Positions 47,238-57,460 of a stretch of DNA of 64,000 nt are shown here, piece after piece. The translations under genes were made by a program, and so were the position numbers. Under the pieces are notes generated by a model. The model was not told where the DNA came from, made no database searches, and saw only the letters and a program-made list of their open reading frames with translations. The stretch lies in sequence record DRR723986_6727; one strand, given 5' to 3'. How positions within the stretch are numbered: position 1 is the stretch's first letter; every line of letters begins with the position of its first letter.

Positions 47238-48869
47238 ATGTCTAAAAATAAATCGGCAATCGTTAACTTTAAGACACCGTACAATTTCGACGTACAGTGG
47301 GAAAATTTAATGGAGAATGATGATTTTGTTAAGATATTTTTATCAGATGTTCTTGAAAATTATATCATTAAACAAAGATGGTATGGTGGTAAATCAAGTA
47401 AGTTAAAATATATAGAATTAGCTGAGTATTTTAGAATACAGCAAAATGAAGAGGTGTACTATGGATTAATTCTAGAAGTCAATTTTTACGAGGCATTTTA
47501 CCAACATTATTTTTTACCGATTGCATTTGTATCAGATGAAAGTTTTGCTAAGGACGATCGTATACTACCTATTAGTATTCAAAATCAAGAAGGATTTATA
47601 ATAGATGCAATAAATTTGGAAGCATTTAGACGTGTTGTTTTTGAGCGTATACTTACCGCGGTTCCAAAAGATAGAACGCGTGTTCAGTATAAAAAGAGCT
47701 CAATATTTAAAGATTGTAAATATGAATCATCTCGATTCATGGGTATGGAACAGAGCAATACATCCATTATTTACAATGAGAAGTATGTTTTAAAATTTTT
47801 CAGGAGAATTTACGCAGATCGTAATCCAGATTATGAAATGAGTCGTTTCTTGTCTGAAAAGAAAGATTTTAAGAATACTCCAGCCTATTTAGGTAGTATG
47901 CAAATAAAGGATCATGAAAATACTAATATCACTATTGCATTAATGAACGAACTGGTATCTAATGATGGTGATGCCTGGGATTACATGCTTAATGAATTAC
48001 ACAAGGTATTTAGTAATTTAGAGTATAAAAATATTCAAATACATAAATTACCTGAAACGGAACCTTTTGAACGATTAGGTATAAGAGATATTCCACCACA
48101 AATAATAGATTGGGCAGGACTCAATGTATTTACTAAACTTCAGACTCTAGCTAAAAGAACAGCAGAAATGCATATTGCTCTAGGTTCTGAATTTGAAGAC
48201 ACATCTTTTACGCCAACACGATTTAATGGAGACTATACCGTCTGGTTAAAAAATAGATTGCTTTATCAGTTTCAGAATCGCCTAAATGCAGTAGAAAATA
48301 ATCAACATAAGTTAGATGGATTAGCATTAGAGCTTGCGAATGAGTTTTTAGAAAAGAAGAATGAAATAAGAAAGCGCTTTGTGAAATTTGATTGGACCAA
48401 ACTAAAGGGTGAACGATTGAGAGTTCACGGAGACTATCACTTAGGGCAAATCTTAGTAAAAGATGATGATTTCTATATTTTAGATTTTGAAGGTGAACCA
48501 GAGAGTACCATTAGAGATCGAAAAGTGAAACAGCCGCCATTAAAAGATGTTGCAGGTTTATTTAGATCGTTTCATTATGCGATTTACGCCACAATATTCA
48601 ATAATTTAGAAAAGTACAAGCAAAGTCAAGAAGAGCTTTTTGAAGCTGGTGAAATTTTATATCAGTATTTTATAGGATTGTTTTTAGGTACGTATGTGCA
48701 AGAAATCCAAAATGCCAATATCAATATTGGTTATGAACAAGAGCGTATTTTTTTATTAAAATATTCATTACTAGAAAAAGCAGTTTATGAATTAGGTTAC
48801 GAACTTAATTCTCGCCCTAGATGGGCAGTGATTCCGTTAAAAGGAATTTCAAACATTATCAACCACTAA
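47238..48869 (+). CDS. Maltokinase (Pep2/Mak; TreS C-terminal-like)
   Basis: QRWYGGK, EQSNTSI, RVHGDYHLGQIL, LDFEGEP, EKAVYELGYELNSRP.W. Confidence 0.88.
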   Translation: MSKNKSAIVNFKTPYNFDVQWENLMENDDFVKIFLSDVLENYIIKQRWYGGKSSKLKYIELAEYFRIQQNEEVYYGLILEVNFYEAFYQHYFLPIAFVSDESFAKDDRILPISIQNQEGFIIDAINLEAFRRVVFERILTAVPKDRTRVQYKKSSIFKDCKYESSRFMGMEQSNTSIIYNEKYVLKFFRRIYADRNPDYEMSRFLSEKKDFKNTPAYLGSMQIKDHENTNITIALMNELVSNDGDAWDYMLNELHKVFSNLEYKNIQIHKLPETEPFERLGIRDIPPQIIDWAGLNVFTKLQTLAKRTAEMHIALGSEFEDTSFTPTRFNGDYTVWLKNRLLYQFQNRLNAVENNQHKLDGLALELANEFLEKKNEIRKRFVKFDWTKLKGERLRVHGDYHLGQILVKDDDFYILDFEGEPESTIRDRKVKQPPLKDVAGLFRSFHYAIYATIFNNLEKYKQSQEELFEAGEILYQYFIGLFLGTYVQEIQNANINIGYEQERIFLLKYSLLEKAVYELGYELNSRPRWAVIPLKGISNIINH

Positions 48870-48873
48870 TTTT

Positions 48874-50784
48874 ATGGCAGACGTAATTGCACACAGCTTA
48901 TTTACTGATTTTGATATTGATTTATTTAAATCTGGAAAACATTATCGTTTATATGAAAAATTCGGTTCACATATAACTACAGTAAATGGTGTAAAAGGAA
49001 CTTATTTTGCAGTTTGGGCACCAAGTGCTAAAGAAGTTTCTGTAATTGGTGATTTTAATTTTTGGTTAGAAGGTGATCATAAACTTAAGGTGAGATGGGA
49101 TGAAAGCGGAATATGGGAAGGCTTTATACCTGGAGTTGGCAAAGGGAATCTTTATAAATATAAAATACAAAGCCATCATAACGATATTAAAACTGAGAAA
49201 GCAGATCCTTATGCAAGACGTTGTGAGCATCCACCTAACACAGCATCAATAGTTTGGGAAGACAATTATAAATGGAAGGATACCAAATGGATGAACAAAC
49301 GGAATTCGCATAATGCTTTAGATGCACCATATTCAGTGTACGAAGTTCATTTAGGATCGTGGAAAAAACAAATCGAAGAAAATAGATTTCTCACATATAA
49401 AGAATTATCTGATGATTTGGTGGCATACGTTAAAGACATGAATTTTACACATGTAGAATTAATGCCAATTATGGAGTATCCTTATGATCCGTCTTGGGGT
49501 TATCAATTGACAGGTTATTTTGCACCTACATCTCGATTTGGTTATCCTGAAGATTTTAAATTATTAGTTGACAAATTGCATCAAAACGGTATTGGTATTA
49601 TTTTAGATTGGGTGCCATCTCATTTTCCAGAAGATGCTCACGGTCTTGGTTTTTTCGATGGAACTTGTCTATACGAGCATCCAGATAAACGTAAAGGTTA
49701 TCATCCAGATTGGAAAAGTTTAATTTTCAATTATGGTCGAAATGAGGTAAAGTCATTTTTAATTAGTAACGCCATATTTTGGTTAGATCAATATCATGCA
49801 GATGGATTACGTGTAGATGCCGTTGCATCTATGTTGTTTTTAGACTACAGCAGAGAAGAGGGAGAATGGGAGCCAAACATGTTTGGTGGTAGGGAGAATT
49901 TAGAAGCAATTTCCTTTATGAGAGAAATGAACGAAGCTGTTTACTCAACTTTTCCTGATGTGCAAACCATTGCTGAAGAATCTACATCATTTCCAATGGT
50001 TTCTAAACCAACAAGTATTGGAGGATTAGGGTTTGGAATGAAATGGATGATGGGCTGGATGCACGATACTTTGCAGTATTTTGCTAAAGAACCTATTTAC
50101 AGAAGGCATCATCAAAATGACTTAACCTTTAGTATGACCTATGCGTTCACTGAAAATTTTATGTTACCACTAAGTCATGACGAGGTGGTTTATGGTAAAC
50201 ATTCCATATTAGGACGTATGCCTGGTGATGAATGGCAACGTTTTGCCAATTTACGATTGCTATACTCATATATGTTTACGCATCCAGGCACAAAACTACT
50301 GTTTCAAGGTGCAGAATTTGGCCAAAGTGAAGAATGGAATTTTCAACAAAGTTTAGATTGGCATTTGCTACAATATGCACCTCATAAAGGCGTGCAAGTA
50401 TTAATAAAAGATTTAAATACCATTTATAAAAAAGAACCAGCACTTTACGAAAAACAATTTTCTGGCGAAGGGTTTGAATGGATTGATTATAATGATTCTG
50501 AAAATTCTGTCTTAGTCTATATTAGAAAAGGAATTGATGAAGTAAATGATTTAGTCATTGCTTGTAATATGACTCCAGTGCCTAGGGAAAACTATAAAAT
50601 GGGTGTACCACGATTCGGTAAACTTAAAGAAATATTCAATAGTGATCTTAAGAAATATAACGGTACAGGTGATTATAAAAATAAAATGCAGACTTCAAAA
50701 GCAGAAGCATGGCAATTCAGAGATCATTCAATAGAAGTTAATATACCACCACTAGGAATGGTAATACTTAAATACTCTAATTAA
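48874..50784 (+). CDS. glgB: 1,4-alpha-glucan branching enzyme
   Basis: FAVWAP, YEVHLGSW, SWGYQ, DGLRVDAVASML, AEEST, LSHDEVVYGK. Confidence 0.96.
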   Translation: MADVIAHSLFTDFDIDLFKSGKHYRLYEKFGSHITTVNGVKGTYFAVWAPSAKEVSVIGDFNFWLEGDHKLKVRWDESGIWEGFIPGVGKGNLYKYKIQSHHNDIKTEKADPYARRCEHPPNTASIVWEDNYKWKDTKWMNKRNSHNALDAPYSVYEVHLGSWKKQIEENRFLTYKELSDDLVAYVKDMNFTHVELMPIMEYPYDPSWGYQLTGYFAPTSRFGYPEDFKLLVDKLHQNGIGIILDWVPSHFPEDAHGLGFFDGTCLYEHPDKRKGYHPDWKSLIFNYGRNEVKSFLISNAIFWLDQYHADGLRVDAVASMLFLDYSREEGEWEPNMFGGRENLEAISFMREMNEAVYSTFPDVQTIAEESTSFPMVSKPTSIGGLGFGMKWMMGWMHDTLQYFAKEPIYRRHHQNDLTFSMTYAFTENFMLPLSHDEVVYGKHSILGRMPGDEWQRFANLRLLYSYMFTHPGTKLLFQGAEFGQSEEWNFQQSLDWHLLQYAPHKGVQVLIKDLNTIYKKEPALYEKQFSGEGFEWIDYNDSENSVLVYIRKGIDEVNDLVIACNMTPVPRENYKMGVPRFGKLKEIFNSDLKKYNGTGDYKNKMQTSKAEAWQFRDHSIEVNIPPLGMVILKYSN

Positions 50785-50937
50785 AATCGAAATATTTTAT
50801 ACTTAAAATTCAGATTAACTCAATATAATTACGCGAAATCGATATAGTTAACAATTCTGTATAAATAGTAGTTTCATCACTTTTTATTGTACTTATTTTT
50901 CCTTTTTTTTACGTGCATTTTACATTAAAATTAAGCT

Positions 50938-53343
50938 ATGATTGTAAATACCGAATTAGAAAATAAAGGAAATTTATTTCCTTCTAAAATAATAAGCTTT
51001 GAAAAGGATGTTGATAAGTTATTCTTCTCAACTGAAAATGATGTTATTCTTCAAATCACTGTTGTTAGAGACAGTCTTTTGCGCTTTAGATATACTACTG
51101 TTGGAAATTTTGATAATGATTTTTCATATGCAATAACAAAGTATGCAAGTATAGGTTATAATAAATTAGAGATTGAAGAAAATGAGGATTGTTATATAGT
51201 AACGACATCAAAACTGAGATGCGAAATTTCTAAAGAAAGCTTAAGGGTTTCAATTTATGATGTAAATGACAATATTCTTATCAATCAGGACGAAATTGGT
51301 TTTCATTGGGAAGAAAGTTATCAGCACGGTGGAAATATTGTTAAAATGAGTAAGGTCTCTAATGATGGCGAGAGCTATTACGGACTTGGAGATAAACCAA
51401 ATCATCTTAACCTAAAAGGTAAGCGTTACGATAATTGGGTAACAGATTCTTATGCCTATGGTAAAGACACTAATCCTATTTATAAAGCCATTCCGTTCTA
51501 TACAGGTTTACATCACGGAAAGGCTTATGGTATTTTCTTTGATAACACCTTTAGATCGTCGTTTGATTTTGCCCAAGAAAGACGAAATGTTACAAGTTTT
51601 TGGGCACAAGGCGGTGAAATGAATTACTATTTCTTTTACGGTCCAAAAATGAGTGATGTTGTGGAGAGTTATACTGATTTAACAGGTAAGCCACATCATT
51701 TACCACCACTATGGGCACTTGGTTTTCATCAATGCAAATGGAGTTACTATCCAGAGAGTAAAGTGAAAGAAATTACATCTACATTTAGAAAACTTAAAAT
51801 ACCCTGTGATGCTATTTATCTAGATATTGACTATATGGATGGTTTTCGTTGTTTTACTTGGAATAAGGACTATTTTCCAGACCCTAAAGGAATGGTGAAA
51901 GAACTTAAAGAACAAGGATTTAAAACGGTTGCGATAATTGATCCAGGTATTAAAATTGATAAAGAGTATTCTGTTTTTAAAGAGGCTTTAGATAAGGATT
52001 ATTTCTGTAAGCGAGCAGATGGTCCATATATGAAAGGGAAAGTTTGGCCAGGTGAGTGTTATTTTCCAGATTTTACTAACCCAGAAGTTAGAGACTGGTG
52101 GTCTGGATTATTTAAAGAGTTAATTGAAGAAATTGGAGTTAAAGGTGTTTGGAATGATATGAATGAGCCTGCTGTTATGGAAGTGCCTAATAAGACATTT
52201 CCAGATGATGTACGCCATGATTATGATGGTAATCCTTGTAGTCACAGAAAAGCACATAATGTATATGGTATGCAAATGGCTAGAGCGACATACCAAGGAT
52301 TGAAGAAATACTCGTATCCAAAGCGTCCGTTTGTAATCACAAGAGCAGCATATTCTGGTACGCAACGTTATACGTCGACCTGGACAGGAGATAACGTAGC
52401 AACTTGGGAGCATTTATGGATAGCGAATATTCAATGTCAAAGAATGGCGATGTCTGGATTTTCTTTCGCTGGAAGTGATATTGGTGGTTTTGCAGAACAA
52501 CCGCAAGGCGAATTATTTACACGTTGGATCCAATTAGGAGTATTTCATCCATTCTTTAGAGTACATTCTTCTGGAGATCATGGAGACCAAGAACCATGGG
52601 CTTTTGATGAAGATGTTACAGACATTATAAGGAAATTTATTGAGCTACGCTACCAGCTTTTACCATATTTGTATACCGCTTTTTGGAACTATACAGATCA
52701 CGGTACTCCATTACTAAAATCTCTAGTATTGTATGATCAAGATGATGTACATACACATTACAGAACAGATGAGTTTATATTTGGTGAACAAATATTGGCG
52801 TGTCCTGTTTTAGAACCAAATGCTAAAGGAAGACGTATGTATGTAACAAGAGGAAATTGGTATAACTACTGGAATGATGAGATTATTAAAGGTGGGAAAG
52901 AAATGTGGGTAGATGCAGATATAGACAGTATGCCAATCTTTATAAAAGAAGGAGCTATTATACCAAAATATCCAATTCAGCAATATGTAGGTGAGAAGGA
53001 AATAACTGAAATTACACTAGATGTCTATTATAAAAAAGGTAAAGAAAAAAGTGAATTGTACAGTGATGCTAATGATGGTTATGATTACACAAAAGGTAGG
53101 TTTAGTTTAAGAACCTTTAAACTCACGGGTAGAACTGATGAACTAATAATTAATCAGCATAAGGAAGGAAAATTTATAACACCGTATAATACCTTTAAAA
53201 TATGTATTCACGGGCTTCCTTTTGATATTGGAGAAATTCAAATTGATAACGAAGCAATATCTTTAAAACATTTAAAATCTAATGGAACTCATTCTTTTGA
53301 GGTAGATAAAAACTTTTCAGAATTACATATTATTAGCAAATAA
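50938..53343 (+). CDS. GH31 alpha-glucosidase
   Basis: LDIDYMDG, WNDMNEP nucleophile motif, WTGDN, GSDIGGF. Confidence 0.93.
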   Translation: MIVNTELENKGNLFPSKIISFEKDVDKLFFSTENDVILQITVVRDSLLRFRYTTVGNFDNDFSYAITKYASIGYNKLEIEENEDCYIVTTSKLRCEISKESLRVSIYDVNDNILINQDEIGFHWEESYQHGGNIVKMSKVSNDGESYYGLGDKPNHLNLKGKRYDNWVTDSYAYGKDTNPIYKAIPFYTGLHHGKAYGIFFDNTFRSSFDFAQERRNVTSFWAQGGEMNYYFFYGPKMSDVVESYTDLTGKPHHLPPLWALGFHQCKWSYYPESKVKEITSTFRKLKIPCDAIYLDIDYMDGFRCFTWNKDYFPDPKGMVKELKEQGFKTVAIIDPGIKIDKEYSVFKEALDKDYFCKRADGPYMKGKVWPGECYFPDFTNPEVRDWWSGLFKELIEEIGVKGVWNDMNEPAVMEVPNKTFPDDVRHDYDGNPCSHRKAHNVYGMQMARATYQGLKKYSYPKRPFVITRAAYSGTQRYTSTWTGDNVATWEHLWIANIQCQRMAMSGFSFAGSDIGGFAEQPQGELFTRWIQLGVFHPFFRVHSSGDHGDQEPWAFDEDVTDIIRKFIELRYQLLPYLYTAFWNYTDHGTPLLKSLVLYDQDDVHTHYRTDEFIFGEQILACPVLEPNAKGRRMYVTRGNWYNYWNDEIIKGGKEMWVDADIDSMPIFIKEGAIIPKYPIQQYVGEKEITEITLDVYYKKGKEKSELYSDANDGYDYTKGRFSLRTFKLTGRTDELIINQHKEGKFITPYNTFKICIHGLPFDIGEIQIDNEAISLKHLKSNGTHSFEVDKNFSELHIISK

Positions 53344-53423
53344 AATGTGACTTGGCGGGAATATTTGTGTCCAAGCTATATCAACCTGTTTTTTGTATTT
53401 TAGTAATTATTAAATCTTTTAAA

Positions 53424-54254
53424 ATGAATTTAAGAAAAACAATATTAGTATTTGGTGTAGTAGCTGTTTTTATCTCTTGTGCTACAAATCCATTTACAGG
53501 AAAAAAGACAATGGCATTTGTGTCAAATGATCAATTGTTTCCAGCGGCATTTGCGCAATATAATGAAGTGTTATCAGATAGTAAAGTGATTACTGGTACT
53601 AGCGACTCGGAAATGATTAAGCGCGCAGGTCAACGTATTGCTGTTGCTGCAGAACGTTGGTTAAACGCAAATGGTCATCAAGGATATTTAGATGACTATA
53701 AATGGGAATATAAACTTATTGAATCTGAACAAGTAAATGCTTGGTGTATGCCAGGTGGAAAGATTGCGTTTTACACGGGCATTTTACCTATTGCTCAGAA
53801 TGAAACAGGTGTAGCTGCTATAATGGGCCACGAGGTAGCACACGCATTGGCAAATCATGGACAGCAACGCATGAGTTCTGGTATGTTGCAACAATTAGGT
53901 GGAGTTGGTGTTGCAGTAGCAACAGGAAATCAAAGCCCGGAGAAACAACAAATGTGGATGCAAGCCTATGGATTAGCAAGTACTGTGGGTGGTGTATTGC
54001 CATTTAGCAGAGGTCATGAAACTGAAGCCGATAAAATAGGCTTAATATTAATGGCTGTTGCAGGTTACAATCCTGATGAAGCGGCTGAATTATGGAAACG
54101 TATGAAAGCAAACAGTGGTGGACAAGCACCACCAGAATTTTTAAGTACACATCCAAGTAATGATACAAGAATTCAAAACTTACAAGCATTAGCTCCAAAA
54201 GCCAAGGCTGAAGCTAAGAAGTTTGGTGTAACATCATTTAGACCAATAAACTAA
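53424..54254 (+). CDS. M48 family metallopeptidase lipoprotein
   Basis: ATG at 53424; lipobox FISC; NAWCMPGG, HEVAH, ETEAD, FLSTHP. Confidence 0.92.
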   Translation: MNLRKTILVFGVVAVFISCATNPFTGKKTMAFVSNDQLFPAAFAQYNEVLSDSKVITGTSDSEMIKRAGQRIAVAAERWLNANGHQGYLDDYKWEYKLIESEQVNAWCMPGGKIAFYTGILPIAQNETGVAAIMGHEVAHALANHGQQRMSSGMLQQLGGVGVAVATGNQSPEKQQMWMQAYGLASTVGGVLPFSRGHETEADKIGLILMAVAGYNPDEAAELWKRMKANSGGQAPPEFLSTHPSNDTRIQNLQALAPKAKAEAKKFGVTSFRPIN

Positions 54255-54283
54255 TTAATCATTATAAATATTTGATTACTTTA

Positions 54284-54311
54284 GAAGCTGCTCAATAGGG
54301 CAGCTTTTTTT
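54284..54311 (+). terminator. Probable terminator after M48 gene
   Basis: AAGCTGCTC-AATA-GGGCAGCTT plus T-run. Confidence 0.7.
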
Positions 54312-54323
54312 ATTTGAAATTAT

Positions 54324-55706
54324 ATGAGCAACTTTAAAAAAGGAAGTAAAAAACTTCTAAATGCTTGGGCATTCTATGATTGGGCCAATTCTGTATATAC
54401 ATTAACAATTGCGTCTTCTATATTTCCCATATTTTACTCTGCATTATTTGGTTCTCAAACGGAGAAATTAGTACCTGCCTTTGGTATGGTTTTTAAGAGC
54501 ACTGCTTTAATAACCTATATAACAGCATTTACGTTTTTAGTAGTGGCAATTACTTCACCAATTCTATCAGGTATCGCAGATTATGTTGGAAATAAGAAGA
54601 GTTTTATGAAATTCTTTTGTTATTTAGGTGGTATAGGTTGTATAGGATTATACTGGTTTAGTTTGGAGAGTATTCATATTAGCCTTTTGTTTTACTTCAT
54701 GGGATTAATTGGCTATTGGGGAAGTTTGGTTTTTTATAATTCGTATTTACCAGATATCGCCTATCCTGAGCAACAAGATAGAGTGAGTGCTGTTGGGTTC
54801 AGTATGGGATACGTAGGTAGTGTTATTTTACTTTTAGTAAACCTAGCTATGGTGATGAAGCCTGATTGGTTTGGTTTTGATACGAGTATTTCAAAATCCA
54901 TTACTGAAAATGGAACCGAAATTGAGATTGCTAAGGCGATAGAAGATGCTAAGAATGCAGCTTCATTTAGAGCAATGAAAGTATCTTTTATTACAGTTGG
55001 CTTATGGTGGATTCTTTTTAGTCAGTACACCTTCTATATACTGCCAAAGGGTGTTTCAAAAGGGCATAAAGTTACAAAAGCGGTTGTTTTTAATGGCCTA
55101 AGAGAACTTAGGCAAGTTTGGATTCAATTAAAAGAAAACCTAAGATTAAAGCGCTATTTAGCAGCATTTTTTGTTTTCAGTATGGCAGTACAAACCATAA
55201 TGTTGGTTGCAGTATATTTTGGTGAAGAAGAAATTGCTTGGGGAGGTTCTGATGCTAAAACACAGGGTTTAATTACTAGTATTCTAGTTATACAGCTTGT
55301 AGCAATAGCTGGCGCTTTTTTAACCTCCAGAGCGTCTTCTAAATTCGGAAATATTAAAACACTTATTGTGGTTAATATAATTTGGATGTCACTTTGTTTC
55401 TATGCTTTTTATATGAAAACACCAATGCAATTCTATATTGCAGCATCTTTAGTAGGTTTAGTGATGGGAGGAATACAATCATTGGCAAGGTCAACGTATT
55501 CAAAGTTCTTACCAGAAACAGAGGATACAACATCTTATTTTAGTTTTTATGATGTTGCAGAAAAAATTGGAATAGTGATTGGTATGGCCATTTTTGCAAC
55601 CATAGATCAAATTTCTGGAAGCATGCGAAATGGTATTCTATTTCTGGTCATATTCTTTATAGTAGGTATAATTCTTTTATTCAGAGTTCCTAAGACTAAT
55701 AATTAA
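54324..55706 (+). CDS. MFS transporter (UMF1/Atg22-like)
   Basis: WAFYDWANS, FYNSYLP, GGIQSLARS; about 12 TM helices. Confidence 0.9.
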   Translation: MSNFKKGSKKLLNAWAFYDWANSVYTLTIASSIFPIFYSALFGSQTEKLVPAFGMVFKSTALITYITAFTFLVVAITSPILSGIADYVGNKKSFMKFFCYLGGIGCIGLYWFSLESIHISLLFYFMGLIGYWGSLVFYNSYLPDIAYPEQQDRVSAVGFSMGYVGSVILLLVNLAMVMKPDWFGFDTSISKSITENGTEIEIAKAIEDAKNAASFRAMKVSFITVGLWWILFSQYTFYILPKGVSKGHKVTKAVVFNGLRELRQVWIQLKENLRLKRYLAAFFVFSMAVQTIMLVAVYFGEEEIAWGGSDAKTQGLITSILVIQLVAIAGAFLTSRASSKFGNIKTLIVVNIIWMSLCFYAFYMKTPMQFYIAASLVGLVMGGIQSLARSTYSKFLPETEDTTSYFSFYDVAEKIGIVIGMAIFATIDQISGSMRNGILFLVIFFIVGIILLFRVPKTNN

Positions 55707-55725
55707 TTCTTAACTTTACATTGCT

Positions 55726-56655
55726 ATGGTTAGGAAAATATTTGTATTGTGTTCATTTGCAGTGCTTTTTATGGCTATTAATTGTGACAATGAGCCATAC
55801 GAAGGAGATATATTCACTGAGGATAATTCTTGTAATTTGGCTATTCAAGCCACAAATTCTGCTGTAGAAAATCTTTTAAATGCTAATACTGAAAATTATG
55901 CGGTGCTTTGCGAATTGTATAGGACTGCACTAAATAATCAGATTGAAATTTGTGGAGATCCAAACAATGATTTACAAAATGTAATAAATACGTTAGGTGA
56001 CTGTAATAACGAAACTGAAGATATATGCTTAATTGCACAAAATGCCACAGCACTTGCATTTGAAGCTTTTTTAAACACGACTACACAAGATTATGAATCA
56101 ACCTGTACTGCATATGTTACAGCTTTAGAAAATCAAATTATAGCATGTGGTGATGATGGTTCATTAGAATCATTAGTCGCTGAGCTTGGTGATTGCCAAC
56201 CAGTAGTGTTTGATGTAACCGGAAGTTGGCAGGTTGTTTCAATAACCAATGACATTGCAAGAGACTTAGATAATGATGGTGATGTATCTAATGATTATTT
56301 AGAAGAATTTGATTGTTACAACAATGAGACTGTAGATTTTAATGCAGACGGAACAGGCACTTTTTTCTTCAGATCTTATACAGAAATACAGGTTGAATCT
56401 GCACCAGATACTTTTGATAATGTTGATTTTATTGTCACTTGCATAGAAGAAAGCAACAATGTAACTTTTACATGGGAACAATTAGGACTTAATATTATAG
56501 ATGTAACTCTCGATACAAATGGTATGGTATTAAACTTTTTTAGAAATGGTGATAATATTTTTATAGCCAGACGAGATGATTTTGTAGCAACTAGTATTAG
56601 CCCTAACGTTGATTCTATTATTGAAGATCTTATTTATGAATATGTGAAATTGTAA
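55726..56655 (+). CDS. Lipoprotein with two Cys4 repeats and a lipocalin-like C-terminal domain
   Basis: Lipobox AINC-DNEP; repeats C36-C93 and C101-C157; TGSWQVVS and DLDNDGD motifs. Confidence 0.75.
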   Translation: MVRKIFVLCSFAVLFMAINCDNEPYEGDIFTEDNSCNLAIQATNSAVENLLNANTENYAVLCELYRTALNNQIEICGDPNNDLQNVINTLGDCNNETEDICLIAQNATALAFEAFLNTTTQDYESTCTAYVTALENQIIACGDDGSLESLVAELGDCQPVVFDVTGSWQVVSITNDIARDLDNDGDVSNDYLEEFDCYNNETVDFNADGTGTFFFRSYTEIQVESAPDTFDNVDFIVTCIEESNNVTFTWEQLGLNIIDVTLDTNGMVLNFFRNGDNIFIARRDDFVATSISPNVDSIIEDLIYEYVKL

Positions 56656-56657
56656 AT

Positions 56658-56689
56658 AAAAAAAGGACAAGCTAAACTTGTCCCTTTCT
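56658..56689. terminator. Terminator between convergent genes
   Basis: AAAGGACAAG-CTAAA-CTTGTCCCTTT. Confidence 0.7.
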
Positions 56690-56711
56690 ATTTTTGATTG
56701 ATTAATATTTT

Positions 56712-57434
56712 CTAATTACTTACGCTACTAGAACCAGTAACTTTAGTATCTTCATTTGTAGGCTTTCCAGAATACCTAACATCACCAGAGCCAGAAATAC
56801 GCACTTTTAATTCACCATTACAAACCACATTAATATCGCCTGAGCCAGCTATTTTAGCTTCAACATTGGTACTATTTAAATTACTACCATCAAAATCTCC
56901 TGATCCAGCAATTTTAGTTAATAAGTCTCTTGCAGATCCACTTAATTCAATATCACCTGATCCTGCTATACTACTTTCAATAGATTGTGCTTCAATATTC
57001 AAATTTATATCGCCAGATCCAGCTAAAGCCACATCAAAGTTGTTCGATGATATGGTAGCTTGATTTTCAATATCACCAGAGCCAGCTAACGATACATTAT
57101 CTATTGTTTCATAGGGCACTGTTACTACGATAGTTTGACTAGGCTTAAGATTAATACCATTTTTAACTTTTACCACAAGGTCACCGTTTTTAATTTCTGT
57201 TACAATATATTCCATAAGGTTTGCATCACCTTTTATGGTTATAGAACCTTCAGCACCAGGCACAAGCCTAAAATCCATTGGACCAGCAGCTTGTAATCCG
57301 TTGTAATCCGAAGTCGTTCTTGTTATGGTGGTAATATCACCATTTCCTTTAATCTTTTTTCTACCCCATTGAGCACAAGATAGTGTGGTACTGAGCAGAA
57401 AAACTAAGATTGTAATTGATTTAAAAAGTTTCAT
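56712..57434 (-). CDS. Head GIN domain (DUF2807) protein
   Basis: IKGNG, repeated (L/I)AGSGDI beta-solenoid units, YSGKP. Confidence 0.88.
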   Translation of the reverse strand: MKLFKSITILVFLLSTTLSCAQWGRKKIKGNGDITTITRTTSDYNGLQAAGPMDFRLVPGAEGSITIKGDANLMEYIVTEIKNGDLVVKVKNGINLKPSQTIVVTVPYETIDNVSLAGSGDIENQATISSNNFDVALAGSGDINLNIEAQSIESSIAGSGDIELSGSARDLLTKIAGSGDFDGSNLNSTNVEAKIAGSGDINVVCNGELKVRISGSGDVRYSGKPTNEDTKVTGSSSVSN

Positions 57435-57460
57435 ATCAATTGTTTTAATTGGTTGTTTTA

